IMG/VR virus record: IMGVR_UViG_3300047095_000811
Coordinates: 32,001-96,000 of that record
Direction: 5' to 3' (one strand)
Length of the DNA stretch: 64,000 nucleotides
DNA from: a virus
A program made the position numbers and the translations under genes. Position 1 is the first letter of the stretch. Each line of letters opens with the position of its first letter. The notes under the pieces were generated by a model. The model was not told the origin of the DNA. It did no database searches and saw only the letters and a list, made by a program, of their open reading frames with translations. Positions 18,190-25,902 of the stretch are shown here, one piece after another.

Positions 18190-19896
18190 TCAAGTTACAT
18201 AGTGCTCAAGGTCCGAGAGGATGTCGGAGACGTTGGGCAAGCCAAGAAGCTCTTTCCCGATCTTCACCGGGTCGGCTTCGGCCAGCATCGTCGGGATCTC
18301 GTCGTCCAGCTCCGGTCTCTCCTTGCACATGATCTTCCCGATCATGGTGTCTGCGTCGATGTTGAACGCCAAGATGATGGACGGATACAGGGACGCCAAG
18401 TCTTCGTCGATGACGTTCTCGTAAACTTTCGTGGATCTCTGCCCGTTGAGTTTGATCCCGACCGGGACCATCTTGCTCGGAAGGGCTACGAAAGCTCCAC
18501 GGAATTTCTTCTTTTCTCCGTGGTCCTTCTGCTTGTTGTGGTTGTTGGAGAGGATGTACCCTTCTTTCTCCAACAGCATGGCTGCGAAGTTCCGGATCGA
18601 CGTGGTCTTCGTCATCACCTTGGAGAAGCGAGTGGCGGTCATCAGCCCCATGTTGTACAGGAGGTCGATGTCCTTGTTCTTCTCCTCCAGCTGGTACAGG
18701 CGGAAGGAGTCGTAGAGCGAGTACTTCAGGAACCCCTCGAAGTCGATGTACATGGCATCTTGGATGTCTCCCTCGTACTCGAACTTGCTCTCGCCAATCT
18801 CCTCGAACAGGATCGCGTCAAGAGCATAGGACTCCCGCTTGCCCATCGTAGCCCGGATCGAGGCGAAGTTCTCCAGAAGACAGATGAATTGCGTGTACCC
18901 GGTGACGTCGAACACCGACTTGCGCTTCGACCAGTCCGTATTGAAGGTATCCGGGCGAATGTCCACCTGACGGTAAGGAAAGTCTTGATGACACATGATC
19001 CGAGTAACGTTCTCCTTTTCCTTCAGGAGACGGTTCATGAGCGTCGGCATATCGAACGAGGCGTTCCACGCACCGCAGAAGTCCGGCTTGTCTCGCTTCA
19101 CCAGCGCGAAGAACTTGGCGATCAGGGTCGCCTCGTCGTCGTAGATGTGGAAGCGGATGTCTTTCAGCTTCTTGTAGTTTGCTTTCCCGTTGTTCGTGTT
19201 GAACTCTTCGAGAAGTATCTGGACGTACTCTTCCTTGTGCTCTTCGAACGCTTCTAGGAACTCCGTCTGGCTATGGTTATTCGGGTTGCGGAGGATGAAC
19301 GAGTGCAGCGTCATCGTCGGCTCGTACATGTACGAGATCAGAGACACTGCGCATGGCGCAGCTTCTGGCTCCGGGAAGCCTTCGAATCCGTAGATGTCCA
19401 CCTCGATGTCAAAGAAAGCTTTGGCCAGAGGTATGTGCATCATCTGGCTTTTGTTCTTGTCTAGCCACTCCCGGATCTTGTAGTCTGCGAGGTGGATGTC
19501 TGTCAGATGAAGGTCGATGTCCTTCTCAAGCGTCCAGAGTTCTCTGTACTTGCCGTTCGAGACGCAGTCCTTGAAGAACTTCATCTGGTTGGAGACTTCA
19601 GCCATCTTGCGGTAGATGTCCTCGTAACGGACCGTGTACGCCTTGCAATCCTCCTTCTTGACGTAGTTGACCTCGCTACGGTCTTTCTTCTCTTGAGGCG
19701 TCTCACCTTGATGGAGGTGGTGAGTGCTGTAGAAGGTGTACTCCGGGTTTTCCTCGACAACAACCTCCTTGCGAATCGTGCCGTCGTCCATCGCGTGATT
19801 CTCGACGTACATGATCTTCGGAATGCTACGGTAGCCCCGGTCGTTCTCCGCCCGTAGGTAGATCACGTTGGACAGTGCTTTTCCTATTGTCTTCAT
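18190..19896 (-). CDS. Split family-B DNA polymerase, subunit 1 (3'-5' exonuclease plus motif A)
   Basis: ExoI FFDIEV, ExoII AWNASFD, ExoIII YSLYD and motif A DLASLYPSII; the protein ends before motif B. Confidence 0.92.
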   Translation of the reverse strand: MKTIGKALSNVIYLRAENDRGYRSIPKIMYVENHAMDDGTIRKEVVVEENPEYTFYSTHHLHQGETPQEKKDRSEVNYVKKEDCKAYTVRYEDIYRKMAEVSNQMKFFKDCVSNGKYRELWTLEKDIDLHLTDIHLADYKIREWLDKNKSQMMHIPLAKAFFDIEVDIYGFEGFPEPEAAPCAVSLISYMYEPTMTLHSFILRNPNNHSQTEFLEAFEEHKEEYVQILLEEFNTNNGKANYKKLKDIRFHIYDDEATLIAKFFALVKRDKPDFCGAWNASFDMPTLMNRLLKEKENVTRIMCHQDFPYRQVDIRPDTFNTDWSKRKSVFDVTGYTQFICLLENFASIRATMGKRESYALDAILFEEIGESKFEYEGDIQDAMYIDFEGFLKYSLYDSFRLYQLEEKNKDIDLLYNMGLMTATRFSKVMTKTTSIRNFAAMLLEKEGYILSNNHNKQKDHGEKKKFRGAFVALPSKMVPVGIKLNGQRSTKVYENVIDEDLASLYPSIILAFNIDADTMIGKIMCKERPELDDEIPTMLAEADPVKIGKELLGLPNVSDILSDLEHYVT

Positions 19897-19902
19897 TTTT
19901 CC

Positions 19903-20586
19903 TCACTTAAACATCATGGAGTATTTCTCCAGTTGGTCTTTCATCTCGGCTTCCTGATCTGGCTTCAGATCGCAAGAGCCGCTCGGGGCGACGATCTTGT
20001 TCACTCTCGAATCTGCCGAGAAGCCTATTGTTTGCTGTATCTTTACCCCACTTCCGATCATCTTCTCAGCAATGGCACCGGTTTTCCCGGCGAAGTTGAC
20101 TGGCACGAGAACTCGCATCTTCGGGTTAGTGACCGGCCTCTCGATTGAGATGTGATCGGTGACAATGCGCTCCAGAACTCCTTTTCGTATCACAGGAAAA
20201 GCAAGGAGCATTATCCAGCATCCGTAGTAGACGAGCTTGTAGTGCTTCTCGTCCACTCGGTACAGAATCGTAGTCTCTTCTTCTTCGCACCTGGCTTCGT
20301 GGAAGGATACGGTCAGGTTCGCGTTTTCGACAAAGAAGGACGGGTCCACAACGAGCTCGTCTTTGTACTCGTCGAGCTCGTTCATTCTGACAAACTTCCC
20401 ATTTCTCGAAATCCCCAACGTGCCGTCTTCCATGACGACCATCGTGTTGTCTGGGAGAGAGTCCTGAGACAGTTTCCCTCGAATGACGCTACTGGAGCAA
20501 GATGCGTCTATGGACATCAGGTTCGCGTTGGAGAGACCGACGCTGAGAGACTGGTTTGAGAGGATTGGCGGTGTTAGAGTACTCAT
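19903..20586 (-). CDS. Hypothetical protein
   Basis: 227 aa ORF with weaker codon bias than core genes. Confidence 0.6.
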   Translation of the reverse strand: MSTLTPPILSNQSLSVGLSNANLMSIDASCSSSVIRGKLSQDSLPDNTMVVMEDGTLGISRNGKFVRMNELDEYKDELVVDPSFFVENANLTVSFHEARCEEEETTILYRVDEKHYKLVYYGCWIMLLAFPVIRKGVLERIVTDHISIERPVTNPKMRVLVPVNFAGKTGAIAEKMIGSGVKIQQTIGFSADSRVNKIVAPSGSCDLKPDQEAEMKDQLEKYSMMFK

Positions 20587-21395
20587 AAGAGAAGAATCAT
20601 CTTTCGCTTTTCATCATCGCTGACGAACTTGTTGTTGGAGTAAGCTTGCTTGAGCTTCTCGATGGCCTCCTGTGCGACGTTGCCAGTTTTTGACCTGTGA
20701 TACATGAACCTACGGCTTGCTGGCTGAGTCGAAGTCTTGACACTGACGAAGTGCTCGTAGATCCCGAAGAATTCTTCTGCGTCGAGGATCATGTACTGCA
20801 TGCACTTCAGGAGGGCATCGCTAGAGCTAAGTTGGCACTTCTCCAGAAGGTTCATCTCCAGAATCTTCTCGAAGACCTCGGTGTTCCGCTTTGCCTCTTT
20901 CCGGTCGGCGGTCTTGAACGCCAGAAAGAATCCCCGAATCGGGTTGGAGTCGAATGACCCTTCGTTCGGCTCCGGGTATTTGAACACGAGCTCTATTAAC
21001 CCTGCGTCGTAGATGAGCGCCGGACTGCCGATGGCGTCAACGATTCCACGTACAAAGCATCGTCTGTGGCTCATGTTTGGTAGCGTTTCTGACACTTCAT
21101 CGAACTCGCTCGTGTCAGATTCCGATATCAGCTTTGGGATCAGCACGTCTCGAACCTCTTTCAACGCAGCAGCTCTTGCGCTTGAGAAGTGGAACCCCTC
21201 TTTATTCTTACTCCAATCATAAATGCCAAGTCGCTTGGTTTCGCGATCAGCATACGACAGTGTGGTTTCTCTCACCTTCGGGGCCTTCTTGGTGCGCCCA
21301 GCGTGGTACTTCTCCAAAGACGTCATCTCGTTGGCAAAAGTGTGTCGATCGACGAGACGCTCAATGGTCTCCTTGGTTCTTGCGGATAGGCTCAT
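20583..21395 (-). CDS. Hypothetical protein
   Basis: Probable start ATG 21395 (SD GAGG); early-type ATATATTAT at 21424-21432. Confidence 0.6.
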   Translation of the reverse strand: MSLSARTKETIERLVDRHTFANEMTSLEKYHAGRTKKAPKVRETTLSYADRETKRLGIYDWSKNKEGFHFSSARAAALKEVRDVLIPKLISESDTSEFDEVSETLPNMSHRRCFVRGIVDAIGSPALIYDAGLIELVFKYPEPNEGSFDSNPIRGFFLAFKTADRKEAKRNTEVFEKILEMNLLEKCQLSSSDALLKCMQYMILDAEEFFGIYEHFVSVKTSTQPASRRFMYHRSKTGNVAQEAIEKLKQAYSNNKFVSDDEKRKMILLL

Positions 21396-21414
21396 TTGCG
21401 TTTCCTCTGGTTTC

Positions 21415-21426
21415 AACAGACCAATA
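21415..21426 (+). promoter_or_regulatory. Late promoter AACA-N6-TA
   Basis: AACA-gaccaa-TA upstream of 21467, overlapping a divergent early-type motif. Confidence 0.65.
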
Positions 21427-21466
21427 ATATATTTTCAAAATCCGTTATAGGATTGAAAGGGCTCAC

Positions 21467-22264
21467 ATGAGTAGCACGGACGTAGTTAGATCCGACGAGC
21501 CAGTAAACGATCCGACCGAAATCACCCTGCGCGACATCCTCCAGCGAAACCAATTCAAGGAGAACGACGGCCTTCTCGACAGTGAAATCACTGAGCTTGA
21601 GAGTCTGTACTCGATGTCGAAGCAGATCCTCATGGACGAGGCTAACGGCGGCGCAAGCAGCAGTGCGCCAAAGAGGCTCGGCACGATCGACGCTGGTAAG
21701 AAGAAGAACTTCATGTTCATCGCAAACCAGACCGCTAACCTCATCAGCATCCGTAAGCTGAAGATGGAGCTGGTCCGGCAGAAGGCTGACCTGAAGCGAG
21801 ACGAGTTGGACCGCTCCATAAAGGCGCTAGTTCAGATCGCCAAAGAGGCGAAGTCTGGAGACGACGAGGGAAATCCGAAGCGCGTTCTCGACTTCCTCAT
21901 CAACAACCTCAACATCAACATTCCGATCGGACCTTCTCCAGTGCTCCGCAACGAGGCGGATGTGGATGCTCTTCTGGAGAGAGCCTTGGAGGACGCCGGT
22001 TTCGGATCCCCCAAAGAGAAGGTGGTCGATGCCGAGATCTTGGAGACGATCGAGACCGCCGGGGGAGACTCTCAGTACGTGCGGGAGTACAACGGCACCG
22101 ACGACATTCTGGTGTACAACCCGGATGGCGAGAAGGTGTACGTCGTCACCAAGGACTACGAGATCGTCCGAGAGCTGGCCGAAGACGAGTACGACGCCGA
22201 GATCCTCGACGACGGCACATTCGTAGACACTTTGACCAACACCATCATCGAAATACTGGAGTAA
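21467..22264 (+). CDS. Late hypothetical protein (helical N-terminal half)
   Basis: 265 aa ORF with a late promoter and a coiled-coil segment. Confidence 0.6.
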   Translation: MSSTDVVRSDEPVNDPTEITLRDILQRNQFKENDGLLDSEITELESLYSMSKQILMDEANGGASSSAPKRLGTIDAGKKKNFMFIANQTANLISIRKLKMELVRQKADLKRDELDRSIKALVQIAKEAKSGDDEGNPKRVLDFLINNLNINIPIGPSPVLRNEADVDALLERALEDAGFGSPKEKVVDAEILETIETAGGDSQYVREYNGTDDILVYNPDGEKVYVVTKDYEIVRELAEDEYDAEILDDGTFVDTLTNTIIEILE

Positions 22265-22267
22265 AAG

Positions 22268-22777
22268 ATGGCAAACGAAGAAATGAGAACTGGCGTTGGC
22301 GGCAAGTCCGTCATCACGCACTACGAACAAGGGCCGGAAGGCGGCTTTGCCAAGAAGCGGTACTACTGCTCCTCCGGCAAGCCGACCATCGGCTGGGGTC
22401 ACGTCATCCTCCCGGAAGAGAAAGCAGAGCTCTGGGACGCCACGATCGACGCAGCCAAGGCAGACTCGATCCTCGCCAAGGACCTCGTCAAATACGAGTC
22501 CTCGGTCAAGAAGCTGGTGAAGGTCAAGCTGACTCAGAACCAGTTCGACGCGCTGGTGAGCTTCTGCCTGAACGCAGGCGAAGGTTCTCTCGCTGCATCG
22601 ACCCTACTGAAGAAGGTTAACGCCGGTCTGCATGCGGAAGTCCCTGCTGAATTCCTCAAGTGGAAGTACGGCACCGACCCGAAGACCAAGCAGAAGATTG
22701 AGCTCAAGGGTCTCCTGTACCGCCGCCAGACCGAAGCCCTTCTGTACGACAAGGGTGAAGTGAAATTCTTCAACTAA
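22268..22777 (+). CDS. GH24 phage lysozyme (endolysin)
   Basis: Catalytic-region E...Y.C..G.PTIGWGH, plus LTQNQFDALVSF and GL..RR..E motifs. Confidence 0.93.
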   Translation: MANEEMRTGVGGKSVITHYEQGPEGGFAKKRYYCSSGKPTIGWGHVILPEEKAELWDATIDAAKADSILAKDLVKYESSVKKLVKVKLTQNQFDALVSFCLNAGEGSLAASTLLKKVNAGLHAEVPAEFLKWKYGTDPKTKQKIELKGLLYRRQTEALLYDKGEVKFFN

Positions 22778-22786
22778 GGACACGGC

Positions 22787-23434
22787 ATGGCAAACCCTCT
22801 CTTTCTAGACGAGTCTGCCCTGTACCAGTTCTTCCTCAGTGAAGACGCGGTATTGATGGAAGCAGACGACGAAGACACCGAGGATCCGCAGGGATCCGAC
22901 AAAGAAAAAGACGCTCCGGACGCCGGAGCAGACGGTAAAGACACCGAGGCAGACGCGAGCGATGCTTCTGAGACCGACGATGCTCCCGCTGAGAGCGACG
23001 ACGAGTCCGAAGAATCTAGCGACGACTCCTCTGACGACGAGAGCGAACCCCCGGCTCCTAAGAAGAAGCCCTCTCGGTTTGCAATCAAGGTAGACGATAC
23101 GCCGCAGAATAGAGCGTTCATGTTCGAGAAGTTTGAAGCTCTCAACACGATGCACCAGAATCTGCGCCAGTTCATCGAGAACATCAGAGATCGGGCGAAC
23201 CTCTCTCCGGCGCAAGAAAAGATCTTCAGCCAGCTGGAGGTCAAGATCGGCTCGAACATCGACCTCCTGAAGGAAATGGTCGATGGTGAGATGCTTCTTG
23301 AGATGGAAATGTCCGACATCTTCGGCCTGTATAAAATTTACTTCAACGACGCTAGCAGCGTCAACAAAGTGATCAGGTCAATCATGAACACTGGACAAAA
23401 GGACGGTAAGAAGCGCCAGCCCAAACGTGGCTGA
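22787..23434 (+). CDS. Putative prohead/scaffold protein
   Basis: Directly upstream of the capsid gene; N-terminal FLDE/FLSE/LME motifs followed by a long acidic linker. Confidence 0.55.
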   Translation: MANPLFLDESALYQFFLSEDAVLMEADDEDTEDPQGSDKEKDAPDAGADGKDTEADASDASETDDAPAESDDESEESSDDSSDDESEPPAPKKKPSRFAIKVDDTPQNRAFMFEKFEALNTMHQNLRQFIENIRDRANLSPAQEKIFSQLEVKIGSNIDLLKEMVDGEMLLEMEMSDIFGLYKIYFNDASSVNKVIRSIMNTGQKDGKKRQPKRG

Positions 23435-23452
23435 AACCTACTGTCATGAAGT

Positions 23453-23464
23453 AACATCCGATTA
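23453..23464 (+). promoter_or_regulatory. Late promoter AACA-N6-TA of the major capsid gene
   Basis: AACA-tccgat-TA followed directly by a leader hairpin (23468-23488). Confidence 0.75.
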
Positions 23465-23527
23465 GAGAGCTCCCTTCGGAGGGGAGCTAAAGTCAATCAT
23501 TCGACTCTTTTCAAAGGAACCATAACT

Positions 23528-25111
23528 ATGGCTATCTCCTACGATACCATTCATCAGAGCTCGGTCGGCGTTCGCATTTCCGGCGCTCTGGAAGGTCTGC
23601 AGTCCATCAACGAGGCTTTCCAACAAGAAGGCATCAATGTTCTGAACGAAGGCTTCAGCGAAGTCGCCACCAACTCTCACTTCTTCTCCGACTACGTCGC
23701 GAAGCTGTCCGAGGGCATGGATCCCGAAATCGCTGGTCAGTTCCAGGCCATCGCCAACAACACCCGCACCCAGATCCTGCAAGAAAGCTCGATCTCCGGC
23801 ATCAACCCGATCACCGCTCTGTCCCTGCCGATGCTGCGCGTGGCGTTCCCGAAGACCGCCATCCGTGAAGGCTTCCCGACCGAGCCGGTTCTGCAGCCGA
23901 AGTTCAAGGTGACTTGGCTGAAGCCGTACGTGATCGACTCCGCCAACAACCAGAAGGTCTACATGCCCCTCGGCATCAAGACCAAGAAGTCCCTGTTCAA
24001 GCTGAAGTCCCTGTCCGAGTCCGCAATCGCCGTTGGCGCTTCCGGCGCTGCTGGCGTTGACCTGCTGACCCCGGCTGGCGGCAACTCCGCTCTGGGCGAC
24101 GAGATCGACCCGAACTTCCGCATCGTGGCTGTGACCTTCAAGGCTCTGGACGCTGCTGGTGCCAACGCCGAGAACGTGACTGTCGAGTGCGACCTGCCGC
24201 TGGACACCAACATCGACGTCGTCGAAGGCTCCGTCAAAGGCGCTCACAGCGACAATACCGTCAACACCGTCCGCGTGTTCGCCAAGCTGAACCGCCGCGA
24301 AGGCGAGATGGACGTCGTTGGCCTGGGCCGCGAAGTGGTTTCCATCAAGATCCAGGGCTACATCAGCTCTGAATCCAACAACCGCTCCACCCAAGTCGGC
24401 TTCGACATCACCAGCGACGAGACCGTCATCGGTACCGGCGCTCCGATCGAGTCCCCGATCAACATCCAGCAGATGACCGACACGATGGCGATGTACAACA
24501 TCGACTCCACCGTTCGCACTCTGGAGATCATGTCCACCGCTCTGGCTCAATCCACTGACCTCGAAGGCATCGACTTCTTGGCCAAGAAGTGGTCCCTCGG
24601 CCTGAAGCTGGAGACCTCGTTCGACGTCAACCCGCCGTCCAACTTCACCCTCGGCAACACCGCATGGCGTGAAGAGATGAAGATCAAGATCGACAATCTG
24701 GTGACCCGTCTGATGCAGTCGACGAACATCACCGCTGGTCAGGCCGTGATCTTCGGCAACCCGCTCGACACCCAAGTGCTGCACAACGTTCGTTGGATGT
24801 ACTCCGGCGAAGAGCAGGTGAACGGCGTGAACGTGGAATACCGCGTCGGCTCCTACACCTCCGGTGTGACCACCTACAAGGTGCTGTCCAGCTTCAACTT
24901 CGACCAAGGCGACATGTACGTGTGCTTCCTGCCGTCCGCTCCGGATCAGGCAACCCTGAAGTACTACCCGTACAGCTTCAACGTCGTTCGTGGTACCGCT
25001 TCCCCGAACCATCCCTACACTCCGGCTGTCATGATGCTCAAGCGTCATGTCTTCAAGGAGTACAGCCCGATGATCGGCAAGCTGAAGATCCTGAACAACA
25101 ACGGCCAGTAA
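23528..25111 (+). CDS. Major capsid protein
   Basis: 527 aa with extreme codon bias, a propeptide with L-x-E sites, a gp23-like C-terminus (YYPY...P...MMLKRH), its own promoter and a terminator. Confidence 0.85.
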   Translation: MAISYDTIHQSSVGVRISGALEGLQSINEAFQQEGINVLNEGFSEVATNSHFFSDYVAKLSEGMDPEIAGQFQAIANNTRTQILQESSISGINPITALSLPMLRVAFPKTAIREGFPTEPVLQPKFKVTWLKPYVIDSANNQKVYMPLGIKTKKSLFKLKSLSESAIAVGASGAAGVDLLTPAGGNSALGDEIDPNFRIVAVTFKALDAAGANAENVTVECDLPLDTNIDVVEGSVKGAHSDNTVNTVRVFAKLNRREGEMDVVGLGREVVSIKIQGYISSESNNRSTQVGFDITSDETVIGTGAPIESPINIQQMTDTMAMYNIDSTVRTLEIMSTALAQSTDLEGIDFLAKKWSLGLKLETSFDVNPPSNFTLGNTAWREEMKIKIDNLVTRLMQSTNITAGQAVIFGNPLDTQVLHNVRWMYSGEEQVNGVNVEYRVGSYTSGVTTYKVLSSFNFDQGDMYVCFLPSAPDQATLKYYPYSFNVVRGTASPNHPYTPAVMMLKRHVFKEYSPMIGKLKILNNNGQ

Positions 25112-25122
25112 GACGTTGTGAG

Positions 25123-25160
25123 AACTCCCCATACCTGCAAGGGTATGGGGGTTTTCTTTG
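25123..25160 (+). terminator. Intrinsic terminator (CCCCATACC family)
   Basis: CCCCATACCT-GCAA-GGGTATGGGG followed by a T tract. Confidence 0.85.
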
Positions 25161-25164
25161 TTCC

Positions 25165-25210
25165 GAGAAGAAAAATAGAGCGCCACTAGGGAATTCCCTA
25201 GTGGCGTCTT
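25165..25210 (-). terminator. Minus-strand intrinsic terminator
   Basis: Perfect inverted repeat CGCCACTAGGG-AATT-CCCTAGTGGCG; T tract on the minus strand. Confidence 0.75.
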
Positions 25211-25413
25211 TGGCGATTCAGTTTGCATATTGGTGCGATCTACTGGAGGAGACCGTTTCCTTGCCCCGGAGGTACGAGAGCAAGGCGAAAGGAGACACGA
25301 TTAAACTTCCCGACCCTGATATGCAAGCATAAGGTCTCGGTCTTGCTCGCGGAAACTATCAAACGCGAGCAACACATCGGCATATGAACCCACACAAGCT
25401 TCCCAGCCGTGCT
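25165..25413 (-). ncRNA. Candidate structured late non-coding RNA (about 250 nt)
   Basis: Own AACA-N6-TA promoter (25413-25424), own terminator, several long helices and a possible pseudoknot; no convincing ORF. Confidence 0.55.
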
Positions 25414-25840
25414 ACTCAGTTGTTCGCAGCAGCTCTGCTCTTGCCTTCATCCGCTTCATGAACTCTCTAGCAAACTTGTCCGATTTTGCCGGAGCCGAAC
25501 AACCGACCGCCTCGGAGAAGAGTGGTAGAGATCGGTTGATTTTTTGGGTTTTAGCCTCGGCCACGTCTCTCCCGTAGACTTTGGCCTTACCAGCGAAATG
25601 GTACCCATATGCCAGCCGATTTCTGCCGAGCTTGACCGAGCTGAACTCCCCGTCGGTGAGAAACCGGCTCATGTACTCGTTGAAGGTCATCGGATTGTAA
25701 TTCGGCTCGATGTCGTCTCGGACAGCGTAGAAGATTTCTCTCAGGTCGTCCACGGTGAAAAACACCCCCATGTTGTGACCTAGGAATTTCTTGATCTCTC
25801 TGGTCAAGACAAAGAACCCAGACAATCGATCATTGCTCAT
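25412..25840 (-). CDS. Hypothetical protein
   Basis: 142 aa ORF with SD GGAG. Confidence 0.65.
   Translation of the reverse strand: MSNDRLSGFFVLTREIKKFLGHNMGVFFTVDDLREIFYAVRDDIEPNYNPMTFNEYMSRFLTDGEFSSVKLGRNRLAYGYHFAGKAKVYGRDVAEAKTQKINRSLPLFSEAVGCSAPAKSDKFAREFMKRMKARAELLRTTE
25413..25424 (-). promoter_or_regulatory. Late promoter AACA-N6-TA with no clear downstream CDS
   Basis: AACA-actgag-TA overlapping the stop codon of the 25412 gene. Confidence 0.6.
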
Positions 25841-25902
25841 GTGCTTCTCCCATAAAAAAAGATCGGAGGGCTAACGCTCTCCGATCTTGTCATGCAGCTT
25901 CT

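Noticed and set aside
21467-22264. Possible terminase small subunit
   Set aside because: Only general helical character and late expression support it; no specific motif.
25211-25413. tRNA, tmRNA or hammerhead identity for the structured RNA (a GCCA lies just before the terminator; CTGATA and GAAA occur on the plus strand)
   Set aside because: There is no T-arm or acceptor geometry, and the CUGANGA core is not intact. Left as an unclassified candidate.
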